64,000 nt of DNA from an uncultured Thermoprotei archaeon (GCA_965367815.1 CBDUKN010000011.1:14180-78179); one strand, 5' to 3'. Positions 49,384-59,885 are shown, counted from the first letter of the stretch. Numbers and translations are program-made. Notes: generated by a model not told the origin, from the letters alone.

Positions 49384-49614
49384 GTGCCAGAGATACCTTT
49401 AGCTCCTGTAGATAGAATAATTCATAAGGCGGGAGCAGAGAGAGTAAGTAACGGGGCAGCTATAGTTCTTCGAGATGTACTTGAAGCGATAGCATATGAA
49501 ATAGCTAAAGAAGCAATAGAGCTTGCTAAACATGCAGGACGAAGAACTGTTACTGAAGAGGACGTTAAGCTAGCTGCGCGAAGATTAACTAAATGGATTT
49601 TACCTACTCTTTAA
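49384..49614 (+). CDS. Archaeal histone (HMf family)
   Basis: [20 protein letters not shown]...[17 protein letters not shown]. Confidence 0.95.
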   Translation: MPEIPLAPVDRIIHKAGAERVSNGAAIVLRDVLEAIAYEIAKEAIELAKHAGRRTVTEEDVKLAARRLTKWILPTL

Positions 49615-49690
49615 CAATTTGTGCAGAAGTTTTTTATAGAAAAATTTAAATAGAAGTGCTAGTCGTAAATTCTGCTGAAGAGGTGATAGT

Positions 49691-51340
49691 ATGTCTCAGG
49701 CGCAGCCAGCTGTATTAACACAAATTGGTGGGGTGCCCGTACTGATACTCAAAGAAGGTACTACTAGAACTGTAGGCAAAGAGGCTATTAGACTCAACAT
49801 AATGGTCGCTCGCGCAATTAGCGAGACTATTAAAACTACACTAGGTCCTAAAGGCATGGACAAGATGCTTATTGATAGTCTAGGAGATATCACTGTAAGT
49901 AACGACGGAGCAACGATTCTCGACGAAATTGACGTACAGCACCCAATAGCTAAACTTCTTGTTGAAATATCAAAAGCACAGGACGATGAAGTTGGAGACG
50001 GAACAACGACAGCAGTAGTGCTTGCCGGAGCATTACTAAAGGAGGCTGAACACCTACTAAATAAGGACATTCATCCAACAATTATTATAAGCGGATATAA
50101 GAAGGCTCTTGAAAAGGCTATTGAGGTTTTAAAGAAGAGAGCAATAAAGGTAGACATAAATGACTATGACACTTTAAAGAAAGTTGCGCTAACAGCAATG
50201 CATGGTAAGGCTGTTGCCGGGGTCAAAGACTATTTCGCTGATATAGCAGTAAAAGCTGTTAAGCAGATAGCTGAAGAAAGAGACGGTAAATATGTGGCAG
50301 ACATCGACTACATTCAGATAATAAAGAAGCAGGGAGGCAGTTTATTCGATACTAAGCTCATTTACGGTGTTGTAATAGACAAAGAAGTAGTTCATCCAGG
50401 AATGCCGAAGCGTATAGAAAAAGCTAAAATAGCTTTACTTGACTGTCCACTTGAAATCGAGAAAACAGAAATAGACGCTGAGATTAGAATAAATGATCCA
50501 TCACAGATGAAGGCGTTCATAGAAGAAGAGGAAAGACTTCTAAAGGAAATGGTGAAAAAGATAAAAGAAACGGGAGCTAACGTGGTCTTTGTCCAAAAAG
50601 GAATAGATGATATTGCTCAACACTACTTAGCTAAGGAAGGAATTCTAGCAGTAAGGAGAGTAAAGAAATCTGATATGGAGAAGCTTGCTAGAGCAACTGG
50701 AGCAAGAATAGTGACAAGAGTTGATGATCTAAGCCCCAAGGACCTAGGTGAAGCAGAGCTAGTTGAAGAAAGAAAGGTCGCCGAAGAGAAAATGGTTTTT
50801 GTAGAGGGCTGCAAGAACCCCAAGGCAGTGAGCATACTCATCAGAGGAGGTTTAGAAAAAGTAGTAGATGAGGCAGAGAGGTCGCTAATTGATGCTCTGA
50901 GTGTAGTAGCTGACGTAATTGAAGAGCCATACATACTTCCAGGAGGCGGTGCACCAGAAGTAGAAATAGCTAAAGTGTTAAGAGAATATGCTGCTGAAAT
51001 AGGTGGAAAGGAGCAGCTCGCAATAGAGGCCTTTGCTAATGCAGTAGAAGTTATTCCAAGAGCTCTAGCAGAAAACTCTGGACTAGATCCAATAGACATA
51101 TTAGCTGAGCTAAGAGCTGCTCACGAGCAGCCTGAGGGATGGAAAATGGGTATTAATGTATATACAGGAAAAGTCTGCGATATGCTTTCAGAGGGAATAA
51201 TCGAGCCACTAATTGTCAAGACTCATGCAGTGAGATCAGCAGTGGAAGCAGCTAGCATGATACTAAGAATAGACGATATAATCGCAGCTAGCAGGCTTGA
51301 AGAAAAGGAGAAGGAGAAAGGAGAAAAGAAGTTTTACTAG
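49691..51340 (+). CDS. ths: Thermosome (group II chaperonin) subunit
   Basis: [30 protein letters not shown]. Confidence 0.96.
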   Translation: MSQAQPAVLTQIGGVPVLILKEGTTRTVGKEAIRLNIMVARAISETIKTTLGPKGMDKMLIDSLGDITVSNDGATILDEIDVQHPIAKLLVEISKAQDDEVGDGTTTAVVLAGALLKEAEHLLNKDIHPTIIISGYKKALEKAIEVLKKRAIKVDINDYDTLKKVALTAMHGKAVAGVKDYFADIAVKAVKQIAEERDGKYVADIDYIQIIKKQGGSLFDTKLIYGVVIDKEVVHPGMPKRIEKAKIALLDCPLEIEKTEIDAEIRINDPSQMKAFIEEEERLLKEMVKKIKETGANVVFVQKGIDDIAQHYLAKEGILAVRRVKKSDMEKLARATGARIVTRVDDLSPKDLGEAELVEERKVAEEKMVFVEGCKNPKAVSILIRGGLEKVVDEAERSLIDALSVVADVIEEPYILPGGGAPEVEIAKVLREYAAEIGGKEQLAIEAFANAVEVIPRALAENSGLDPIDILAELRAAHEQPEGWKMGINVYTGKVCDMLSEGIIEPLIVKTHAVRSAVEAASMILRIDDIIAASRLEEKEKEKGEKKFY

Positions 51341-51342
51341 CT

Positions 51343-52650
51343 TCAAAGAGGAAAACCGTAGATTTTAGTTTTTTCTGATAGATCTCCTCCAAGCTTTAAA
51401 TTACCAACATATATAAGTGCTATTTTTTCTGCCTCTACGTTTGTGAGAACTCTTACTATTTCTTTTTTGTAGTCTATTTCTGTCATTACTCCTATATCGA
51501 GGAATAATCCTTGGTCATCGTACAGTCCCACTATAAGTCCTTTTTCATATCCTTTATGCACTACTAACACATCGTTTTTGGAAAATTCTGTTTTTATCGT
51601 GTTCAATACTTCCTCGGGGACTCTTACTTTCTCATTTGTAACTATAAGCAAAGCATCGTAAGCGTCTTCAGCGTAGACTATTGATGCTTTTAGTAGGGCC
51701 TCTAGTCTGCTTATCTTGTCTTTGTCTAGCTTAAACCCCGATCCAAAAATAGTTCCCTTAAATCTGACTCTACTCCAACTAAGTGTCCGTATTTTTGATT
51801 TAGCTAATTTCCTTTTATATGCAGATTCCCTGTAAATTTTTCTGCTAGTGGGGTCTCTTGAAACAGCTTCTTTAATACTCGGTAATCTAATTATTTCTAC
51901 CCACTTTTGGGTTTCGTAAGCTCTCAAAATATGTTCTAATTCTCTAGTTGATTGAAGTGCTATAATATAGTCAGGACGAACTATGTCGATAAGGCTCCAT
52001 TTGTACTCCCTAGCTTCTTTTCCGTGAATCCAGCCGTCGGTATTAACTACTATTAAGTCTACATTTTGAGACATTGCTTTTTCTAAAAGAAAGGCTGAGG
52101 CTACCAGTATTCTGTGAATAAATCCTCCCGGAGATATCGATCCCACAAAGTAGGCGTAATGAGTTTTTACTTTGTGAAGTGAAGTAGTGGCTTTTTTCGT
52201 TATGACTAAACCTATTGTTGTCGGAGCACTTAAGGAGCTTTGACCGACATCTTTATCGAGAATAGCGACAGTATATCCTTTCTTTACAGCTAAGTTTGCA
52301 ATATAAGTTGCTAGCAAGTTTTTGCCTGTACCTACGTCGCCTAATATCATAATTTTTGTGGGCTTTTTCTTTAGCTCCGAAACTAGCGGCTCAATGAGAG
52401 TTCTCCAGTGATAAGGTACAGTTACGTCCTCAATCTCTTCTAATACTTCTATTTCAGCATCTTCCCCTAAATTGACTTCTAGTGAACTATTTTCGAGAAT
52501 ATTTATGAACGCTACTTTTCCAACGGGTATTGATATTCTTTCCTTTTCCCTTAAGGTTTTACCTAAGTATTCAACACTTCCTTCTCTTAGAACTACGGAA
52601 GCGGGTCCCTTGATTCTTATAATATTTCCTTTTTTAGCCTCCAGTCTCAT
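51343..52650 (-). CDS. Clp1/Grc3-family polynucleotide 5'-kinase
   Basis: GDVGTGK, DKDVGQ, VNTDGW. Confidence 0.88.
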   Translation of the reverse strand: MRLEAKKGNIIRIKGPASVVLREGSVEYLGKTLREKERISIPVGKVAFINILENSSLEVNLGEDAEIEVLEEIEDVTVPYHWRTLIEPLVSELKKKPTKIMILGDVGTGKNLLATYIANLAVKKGYTVAILDKDVGQSSLSAPTTIGLVITKKATTSLHKVKTHYAYFVGSISPGGFIHRILVASAFLLEKAMSQNVDLIVVNTDGWIHGKEAREYKWSLIDIVRPDYIIALQSTRELEHILRAYETQKWVEIIRLPSIKEAVSRDPTSRKIYRESAYKRKLAKSKIRTLSWSRVRFKGTIFGSGFKLDKDKISRLEALLKASIVYAEDAYDALLIVTNEKVRVPEEVLNTIKTEFSKNDVLVVHKGYEKGLIVGLYDDQGLFLDIGVMTEIDYKKEIVRVLTNVEAEKIALIYVGNLKLGGDLSEKTKIYGFPL

Positions 52651-52748
52651 GGTCTCTCCCGCGCGTAGTATTGATTAGTAAGGGAGAAAATTATACTTTA
52701 TCTCGGCTAGGCGTTAATGATTTTTAAAAGTGTTGAGAGTAATGACAA

Positions 52749-53144
52749 GTGGATAAAAGTAAGACTAGAAAACATCCGCTTCTGGCAGTCGACGTAGTTG
52801 TATTGAACAAGGAGGGCGCTGCCTGGAGGATTTGTAGAGTATGGTGAGCGTGTAGAGGATGCAGCGTTAAGAGAGGTGAAGGAAGAAACAGGATTTAAAG
52901 TAAAAATAAAGGGGCTTGTGGGAGTGTATTCTGATCCTGGAAGAGATCCGAGAGGACATGTTGTTTCTATAGCATATTTAGCTGAATTATCTGAGTCTAC
53001 AAAAAACCTTGTGAAGAGGAGGTACTAGAAGTAAAGTTCTTTAGAGAGATTCCTAAGACTTTGGCTTTTGATCATCTCCATATAATAAAAGATGCTTTAA
53101 CACTCGCTAAGAGACTTAGGATGAAGTGTCCACAATTTTCTTAA
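52749..53144 (+). pseudogene. Nudix hydrolase (ADP-ribose pyrophosphatase-like) pseudogene
   Basis: Three frames: [15 protein letters not shown] / [40 protein letters not shown] / EVKFF..LAFDH; two frameshifts and an internal deletion. Confidence 0.85.
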
Positions 53145-53937
53145 CTTTATCTTTATTGACAGCAACCACTTTGAAACCGCAGAATGGACAGTGTACTGCT
53201 TTCTGAGGAATTCTTGCTCCGCATTCGGGGCATATGCTTGATGATAGCTGAGCAGATATTATGCTCTTTGTATAGGCGTATATTTCATCAAGCAGCGGGG
53301 TAAGTTGTTCCTTAACGTAGATTAGCGAAGAGATTACGAATGACAGTGAGAACAGCATTATTACATATACAGGAAGTACTATAAGCGATGGGGATGACTT
53401 GAATAGAGTTGGTAGAGCTAAGTTATATACTATTTCACCGAAGTATTCTGTTGATTGAATATACGTTAATGTTATGAAGGCGGCTACTATACACAGTAAG
53501 CGCTTGACTAGTTTGTCTTCTTGGGATAGGAGCTCGTACATCTTCATGGCGGCTGGATCGCTGCGGTAGTCGCTTGTCTTAATGTTCTCTAGAAGAATAG
53601 TCCTTGAAGTTATTTTGGCTATTCTGTAGAGATCCCATCCCATGAACATTAGTCTAGATATACATACATAGAGAAGCGCAAACAATAAACCTACTTGGAG
53701 AAATCTGTAGAAAGCTTCTGCTGATGAAAGCTCTATAGGAAAGTATGTTCTGAAGATCCATGGAGTTATGAAAGTTATTATGGTAAATGCTGCGACTGTT
53801 ATTATTCCATCGATGAGATTATTGAAGGCTATTCTTTTTTGGCGCTCCATTGCGTCAAGTAATGCTGATATATCTAGAGTGTTATCCGACATTTTCTCTA
53901 CTAAGCTAGCATAATTTAGGTATATAAGTTTTCTCAA
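53116..53937 (-). CDS. Multi-TM membrane protein with C-terminal zinc ribbon
   Basis: About four TM helices, CPECG..CPFCG. Confidence 0.75.
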   Translation of the reverse strand: MRKLIYLNYASLVEKMSDNTLDISALLDAMERQKRIAFNNLIDGIITVAAFTIITFITPWIFRTYFPIELSSAEAFYRFLQVGLLFALLYVCISRLMFMGWDLYRIAKITSRTILLENIKTSDYRSDPAAMKMYELLSQEDKLVKRLLCIVAAFITLTYIQSTEYFGEIVYNLALPTLFKSSPSLIVLPVYVIMLFSLSFVISSLIYVKEQLTPLLDEIYAYTKSIISAQLSSSICPECGARIPQKAVHCPFCGFKVVAVNKDKVKKIVDTSS

Positions 53938-54047
53938 AGCCTTCTAGCTTTAGAGATTTTGAGGACTGAAGAAAAGTACCTATAACAAAAAGAACAGCAA
54001 TATAAAATGAAATATCTATATGGGTAGGCAACTCTCCTCTCAGGCAG

Positions 54048-55133
54048 GTGAGTCTGTTGGCTAAAATATCTTTGATAGTGCCTCTTAAAGGGAAGCCTCC
54101 GAAACCTGAGGAGTTGTATTTATCTATTCTTCAGCAAACACTAAAGCCTGATGAAATTATAATAGTATACCAAGGCGGATTTGACGAGATCTTTGAAAAA
54201 TACACAGCATCTGAAATAAAAATAATAGATGCTAGAGGAACTAGTGGTGCAAATTTAGCAAGAAATATTGGAATTAAAAATGCTTTGGGAGATATTCTAA
54301 TATTTACTGATAGTGATGTAAGGCTTACTGAAAATTGGGTCGAGAATATAATTAAGTTATTTGAAAAGTATCCAGATATCTATTGTGTAGCAGGGTCTAT
54401 GGTATCAGCAAATCCTGAGGCTTTTCTTTCAAAGTACTTAGACTACTCGATAATTTCGCCCACAAGAGCTGCTAAGGTTAATCTAGAGATAGTTAATATT
54501 GTAAATAAATTATTTAAAAATAATACTAAGGTTCAAATAATTGACGAAGGAGCTTTAATAGCAAATGATATACCATTATCTACTCTAATCGTTACATGTA
54601 ATTTTGCAATAAAGCGGAAAATAGTAGATAAAGTGGGTTTTTTCGACGAAGAGTATAAAGCTTATGGATCAGATGATATCGATTACGCGTATAGAATACT
54701 TAAGAGTGGTTACAAAATTTTATGTGTGCCAGAACTGGTGGTGTATCACTATCATAGAAATACTTTAGTGAAGTTATTAAAGAGATATTTTCAATACGGT
54801 CTCGGTTTTTCTATTTTCAAAAGAAAGCATCCAGAAAGTATATTTTCCAAGGCTTTAACTTATATATTGTTGTTTTTGTTATCGTATTTTGTTCTTAGTA
54901 TAATATTTCTACTACTCGGCTTCTACTTAGTTGGTTTTTCCATGTTTTTATTCTCTTATGGTGTGCTACTTTTGCATAATATCATTCGCCATAGAAAAAA
55001 AATAAGAGTGTCAGAAATAGTATCGTATGCTTTTCTCGATTTATTGCTAATAATAGTATCCTGCTTAGGGATTATTGCAGGGGATATGGTCTTCACATTA
55101 AGAAAATTTTTCAAAAAGCAGTCTGAAAGCTAA
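54048..55133 (+). CDS. Glycosyltransferase family 2 with C-terminal TM helices
   Basis: ARNIG, FTDSD, FDE..DDID, YG.G. Confidence 0.88.
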   Translation: MSLLAKISLIVPLKGKPPKPEELYLSILQQTLKPDEIIIVYQGGFDEIFEKYTASEIKIIDARGTSGANLARNIGIKNALGDILIFTDSDVRLTENWVENIIKLFEKYPDIYCVAGSMVSANPEAFLSKYLDYSIISPTRAAKVNLEIVNIVNKLFKNNTKVQIIDEGALIANDIPLSTLIVTCNFAIKRKIVDKVGFFDEEYKAYGSDDIDYAYRILKSGYKILCVPELVVYHYHRNTLVKLLKRYFQYGLGFSIFKRKHPESIFSKALTYILLFLLSYFVLSIIFLLLGFYLVGFSMFLFSYGVLLLHNIIRHRKKIRVSEIVSYAFLDLLLIIVSCLGIIAGDMVFTLRKFFKKQSES

Positions 55134-55176
55134 ATTTTATATATAGGTTTACATATATCTAAAATAGGGTATAACT

Positions 55177-55650
55177 ATGGAAAAAGGCCATATAAAATTG
55201 ACAGAAAAACAATTAACTATCTTAAAGTATCTACTTGAAAACAGCCAAGGAATGGAGATATTTATAGTGAACAAGTCTCAAAGTGAACTGGCAAAAGAGC
55301 TTGGAATTACACGACAGGCTCTAAATGTTCATCTGCGAAAACTACGAGAAGAAGGTCTCATAAAAACAGGAAGAGGCTTTATAATGCTTACAGAAAAAGC
55401 TCTAGAAATTCTAGGAATGAGGTCAGCTGAAGTATTTGTTCTAGTGAAGGTAGAGCCTAGAGCAAGAAACCAGACATATGCACGAATAGTTAAAACACTT
55501 CCCGTAGAGAAAGTATACAGAGTTACAGGAGAAATAGACCTTATTGTAGTAGTCAATCAGTCTAAATTAGATGAGTTCTTGAAGCAGATATCGAGAATAG
55601 AAGGAGTTAAAGAAACAGTAACTCATGTAGTTATAGAAACATTGAAGTAG
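55177..55650 (+). CDS. Lrp/AsnC-family transcriptional regulator
   Basis: wHTH (SQSELAKELGITRQAL) plus RAM domain (YRVTGEIDL, ETVTHVV). Confidence 0.88.
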   Translation: MEKGHIKLTEKQLTILKYLLENSQGMEIFIVNKSQSELAKELGITRQALNVHLRKLREEGLIKTGRGFIMLTEKALEILGMRSAEVFVLVKVEPRARNQTYARIVKTLPVEKVYRVTGEIDLIVVVNQSKLDEFLKQISRIEGVKETVTHVVIETLK

Positions 55651-55656
55651 TGACGA

Positions 55657-55672
55657 GAAAGAAACTTATATA
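55657..55672 (+). promoter_or_regulatory. BRE/TATA promoter of tRNA-Val
   Basis: GAAAGAAA-CTTATATA ending 22 nt upstream of tRNA G1. Confidence 0.6.
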
Positions 55673-55694
55673 GTAGTGACAATAGTAGAAACAT

Positions 55695-55766
55695 GGGCCC
55701 GTAGTCTAGCGGCAGGATGCCGCCCTCACGAGGCGGTGGTCCCGGGTTCGAATCCCGGCGGGCCCA
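55695..55766 (+). tRNA. tRNA-Val(CAC), intronless
   Basis: GGGCCCG...CTCACGA...TTCGAAT...CGGGCCCA cloverleaf. Confidence 0.96.
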
Positions 55767-55993
55767 CTTTTAACAAAAAGAGAATTCTCCTAATGATGTT
55801 TTCTGAGTGTTGCCAGATTGATGGGTGCGCTGGCAACTAGTCTTATATACGTGGGGAAGCTATTACAGTAACGGTGGGAGAAACTTCTTCTCAGAGAGAG
55901 ATCTATTACTTACTCTGACATCACTGAAGAAGGGTAGGAGAATTCTGAACTATGTTCTTGAAGCTAAGGAAGTTATTTATAAGTATTTAGGAT

Positions 55994-57526
55994 CTACCTT
56001 CTTTCTCCATTAGCTATTATTGCCTCTAGAGCCGGCTTCACCTTGGCCATATTCTTACGTATAGATGAAAGGAATAATTTTAGCACTAATCTGACAGGTA
56101 GCAATAGTGGCTCACGTATATAAAATCTATTCATTATATCTTCAGCCCACCGTACACTATGCCTTAAGCACTGAATCAGGACATCTACGTGTTCCTCCCT
56201 TAACCCGTGTGTCTTAAACCACTCTCTATTTTTGAAGGCACCCATTGGCACGAAAAACATCGGTACTATCAAGCTCCTGTAGGGCTTAAGCTTATCAAGT
56301 AATTCGGCAGTAGCTATTATGTCTTCTGGTTTCTCTTCTGGGAGGCCGAGTATTAGAGTTGCCGCTGGCACTATGTGATTTTCGTGCATTATTCTGAAGG
56401 CGTCCTCAACTACTTCCGGCCATTGCTCTGGTGAATATGGAGCAGCTTTCGCGGGCATAATTATCTTTGCTAGTCTCACGCTACCAGTCTCTATCCCGAC
56501 CTCAACGCCGATATACTTCTGCCTAGGTATGATCATGTCATTCATGAGCTTGGATATAAGCCTATATTTTTCTTCAGCGTACTTTGTCGCTGCTAGGCTT
56601 ATGTGAGCCCATGCTATTGAGCCAGGGGTTGTTTTCAAGACCGCTTCGTGAAGCCTCAGTACGGGTTCTGGTCTAGGCTTAACACCATCTGCGTAGTAGA
56701 GGAGTACGTCCTCGCTATGTAGTATTGCGTTCTTTACTCCAGCTCTCACGTTAACCTCTATCTCCTTAACTATGTGCTCTATGGGCATGAATCTCAAGGG
56801 CCTTAAGGTGACTGAACAGAAGCGGCAGCCTCTAGGGCACCCCCTCATTATTTCTACTAAGCCGTTCACACTAGCACCCTTAATTATGGGTATTTGCTCC
56901 ACAGAGGGCGTATCTGCTGGTCCAACATACACGTAGTCCGGTAAAGGCTCGTTATTCAGTGCGGCCTCAACGATGTCTGTGATTACTAGCTCCGCCTCAC
57001 CATCAATTACGCAGTCTACGCCCCATTTCTTCCACTCCTCCAGCGCCCAGAGCCATTGCCATGCAGCAGGTCCACCAACTATTATCTTAGCGCCTCTTCT
57101 CTCAGCCTCCCTGACAGCCGGGGATTCCATGAACTCGCGAAAAGATACTCTATTGACAGGTTCCTTACCGGTCAACATCCACCATTCACAGCTGGGTGGC
57201 CCATACGCGAAGAAGTCGTGGTGCCCTATCATTAACACCTTCATGCTATCTATGTGCTTGTGTATGTGATCTGGGTCAACTATTGCTGCATTGTACCCGG
57301 CATCTTGTAGTACTGCTTCGACCTTTCTAAGTCCGTAGGGTGCCTCGACGGGTCTCCCTAAACTATCAACCTTCATTTTGGGTGCTGCTATCCACATCCA
57401 GAGCCACTTGGGTAAACCGATAGCTGGCGCGGTAGTCATGAATCCTAGAAACTCTTTGCCGTGATGATTGCTCATCATAGTCCTGTCAGACGTGATAACT
57501 ATTTCAAAACCTTTGCATGAACTCAT
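55994..57526 (-). CDS. Radical SAM protein (uncharacterised archaeal family)
   Basis: RGCPRGCRFC; APYGLRKVEA; GIETGS. Confidence 0.88.
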   Translation of the reverse strand: MSSCKGFEIVITSDRTMMSNHHGKEFLGFMTTAPAIGLPKWLWMWIAAPKMKVDSLGRPVEAPYGLRKVEAVLQDAGYNAAIVDPDHIHKHIDSMKVLMIGHHDFFAYGPPSCEWWMLTGKEPVNRVSFREFMESPAVREAERRGAKIIVGGPAAWQWLWALEEWKKWGVDCVIDGEAELVITDIVEAALNNEPLPDYVYVGPADTPSVEQIPIIKGASVNGLVEIMRGCPRGCRFCSVTLRPLRFMPIEHIVKEIEVNVRAGVKNAILHSEDVLLYYADGVKPRPEPVLRLHEAVLKTTPGSIAWAHISLAATKYAEEKYRLISKLMNDMIIPRQKYIGVEVGIETGSVRLAKIIMPAKAAPYSPEQWPEVVEDAFRIMHENHIVPAATLILGLPEEKPEDIIATAELLDKLKPYRSLIVPMFFVPMGAFKNREWFKTHGLREEHVDVLIQCLRHSVRWAEDIMNRFYIREPLLLPVRLVLKLFLSSIRKNMAKVKPALEAIIANGERR

Positions 57527-57547
57527 GTCCCGTACCCCTTTCTTAGG

Positions 57548-57940
57548 CTAAATAACTATTACGTTCTTGTAGCCTATATCATCTAGTGCTTGAATGAAGT
57601 CCCTGCAAAGCCCAGCTATAAATACATCTGGGTTATCTAATTTCCTAATTAACTCTAAGAGATTCTCAGGTTTCGACCCAGAGTATCTTATACTCATGCT
57701 TAAACTTATGTTTTCTTGTATGAGTCTTCTAATCACCTCGAAATATTTTGGTCTACCTAGCGGTGATATTACATATATGAGTACCCTACGCTTACCCTCC
57801 CTTTTTATTTTCTTGGTTACCTCATTAACAAGTATCATAGTTTCTGCTGAGCTCACGCCGTCGCAGATAACCAACACTATTCTCTTGCTATTATTCTCTA
57901 TCCTTAATCTTGTCTTGATCGCTACCTGTTGTTTAACCAT
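57548..57940 (-). CDS. Hypothetical protein in operon with the radical SAM gene
   Basis: 130 aa; overlaps the upstream regulator; AGGTG RBS. Confidence 0.65.
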   Translation of the reverse strand: MVKQQVAIKTRLRIENNSKRIVLVICDGVSSAETMILVNEVTKKIKREGKRRVLIYVISPLGRPKYFEVIRRLIQENISLSMSIRYSGSKPENLLELIRKLDNPDVFIAGLCRDFIQALDDIGYKNVIVI

Positions 57941-58413
57941 CTTTCACATCTCTCTAACTTAGTCAGAAGTGAGTGTAACTCGCTTTCAAGCATGCATACA
58001 ATACTTAGAACGTCTTCATCTTCAAGCTCATTCATCACAGATCTCAAATATGTGTGTATTTTGCTTAAGTGTTCGTAAATCAGCATAATCAGCCCTTCAG
58101 TCTTTGCCTGGAAGAGGTGCTTCCTTCCGTGAACCCTTCTTCTCTCGATTAAATGCTTCTCTTCTAACAACCTCAGAGCTGAGGAGAGGTGACTTTTAGT
58201 GTATCCTGTAGCCTCAACGAGCTCGTTCAGTGCTAGGGGCTTTCTCTTGTGCATTAAGGTAGAAAACACTAGGGCGGCAGCGAATGGTAACCTAAGCATC
58301 ATAAGCAATTTGACTAGTGATTCCATTATTTCTCCCTTATGTTCGGTATATTCCGAACATTCTATATAAACATTACTACTAGTGACAATTAAGCTCGTAT
58401 ACAGGAAAATCAA
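57922..58413 (-). CDS. GbsR/MarR-like wHTH regulator (likely start ATG near 58326)
   Basis: LALNELVEATGYTKSHLSSALRLLEEKHLIER. Confidence 0.8.
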   Translation of the reverse strand: MIFLYTSLIVTSSNVYIECSEYTEHKGEIMESLVKLLMMLRLPFAAALVFSTLMHKRKPLALNELVEATGYTKSHLSSALRLLEEKHLIERRRVHGRKHLFQAKTEGLIMLIYEHLSKIHTYLRSVMNELEDEDVLSIVCMLESELHSLLTKLERCERWLNNR

Positions 58414-58602
58414 TGTACCACTGTCTGCAGTCAGAACCTATAAGACTTGAATGCTTATCCTCAAGTGAAGGTGCAGGCGTAGCAAGAGTAATCGATGCTG
58501 CATTGCAGCTCTAGTATCGTTTGAGCACCCTACTCCATTTGCGAAGTACTACATAGGTAATGTTCCCATAGTTTCTGGCGATAAGGAAGATTACATAGAG
58601 AG

Positions 58603-58800
58603 ATGCATTATATACTACACGACGAGATTAACTCTAATGATATTAAGATTCTAAGAAGAGAGAAACCTGCAGGAGGTAGAAGCGATGCGCTAGACCATGG
58701 AGCTGAAATCGCTGACGGCGAGTTTGTAATGATGTTTGATTCAGACCTCAAGATACCTGCAGAGCCCTGGATGACATGTGTGTCTTCGTGCCGAACTTAA
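58603..58800 (+). pseudogene. Glycosyltransferase family 2 fragment
   Basis: RREKPAGGRSDALDHG....DGEFVMMFDSD, then the frame breaks. Confidence 0.65.
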
Positions 58801-59478
58801 GCTGCCGGTAATAGTAGCTCCTTGGAAAAGGTATATTATGGAGCTGGGCTAAGTTTCTGAGATAATGATCTCTAGTGTAAATATAGTATTACTTCTCCTC
58901 TATAGGATAAGAGAGAGCAAGGTTTTTCCCTGTTTGGCTTAGAGACAACTGTAAGGAAAGATGTGCTTGAGGAGGTAGAGTATTAAGACTGATACTTTTC
59001 AGGACAATGTATAGACAGTTAAGCACTAAATTAGTACTGAGAGAATACTTCTTCTTCGTGTTTGAGAAAGGAGAAACTAAGGTACTTATGTCATCGAAAC
59101 TTCTCATGCTAAGAATCCAGTGAAGCCGCTGAGTGTACAAGCTTCCGAGGTTTATCAAGAGAGCTAAGTTCGCGACAACAATTAGGACTAGGCTGAGCAT
59201 TAAAATGGAAAGAGCTTTCCCTGAGCCTGATAGTAAAGTTTCCGTAATTAGAGCTTTGCTTGAACTAGAATTATTTACTGAAGTCAAGTCTACTTCAGCT
59301 AGACTTGATTTTCTTCTCGGGGCAGTAACTTTAGTCTTTGTTTAAATTCTTTTTAGCTAATGGCTGCAAATTTAACATCGTTATAGTTAATTGCTACTTA
59401 TAAAAGCGAACTTATGGTTTAAATTAAGGACTGGTGGATTATCGATCTAAAACAGTCAGCGAATAATGAATTAAAAGG

Positions 59479-59524
59479 TGGAGCCCCGGGCGGGATTTGA
59501 ACCCGCGACCAACGGCTTACAAGG
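59479..59524 (-). tRNA. 3' portion of tRNA-Thr(TGT), probable att site remnant
   Basis: CTTGTAA-GCCGT-TGGTC-GCGGG-TTCAAAT-CCCGC-CCGGGGC-T-CCA; no intact 5' half adjacent. Confidence 0.85.
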
Positions 59525-59792
59525 TCTCTACTCTATGTAAATTAAGTTGCATGAAGACAACTTAGGCGATACAACTTGAGTCTAGGGGCGTATTATACAC
59601 GCTGATAATACTCCATGCGAAATACAACACTAGAGTTCACAGCAAAACAACTGAACCAGAGTAATTATCTGCACTAGTATTATTTAAAGAGTTAAATGAG
59701 AGAGTACTATTGTACCAAGAAAAACTTAGGGTAAGAAAATGTAGCGAAATATCGGATTAAAAGCTTATAAAATTCTGTATAATTAGATAAAT

Positions 59793-59880
59793 GGGGAGCC
59801 GGGGCTCAGCCTAGCCCGAACTCGTCATTGTTCAGCGCCTGCCACGCCTTCATCATGTTTTCATCGCCCCGGCGACCCCC
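59793..59880 (-). ncRNA. Box C/D sRNA with GC-rich terminal stem
   Basis: GGGGGTCGCCGGGGC-GATGA-AAAC-ATGATGA-AGGCGTGGCAGGCG-CTGA-ACA-ATGACGA-GTTCGGGCTAGG-CTGA-GCCCCGGCTCCCC. Confidence 0.85.
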
Positions 59881-59885
59881 TCCTC

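Noticed and set aside
55825-56013. 62-aa ORF after tRNA-Val
   Set aside because: Possibly an HTH remnant, but too weak to call
58889-59345. ORFs of 132 aa (minus) and 70 aa (plus)
   Set aside because: They appear to be remnants of a decayed plus-strand gene with in-frame stops; no product assignable
59478-59540. SSV-type split integrase C-fragment reading through the att (VEPRAGFEPAT...)
   Set aside because: The frame stops after about 20 codons and no tyrosine-recombinase motifs follow
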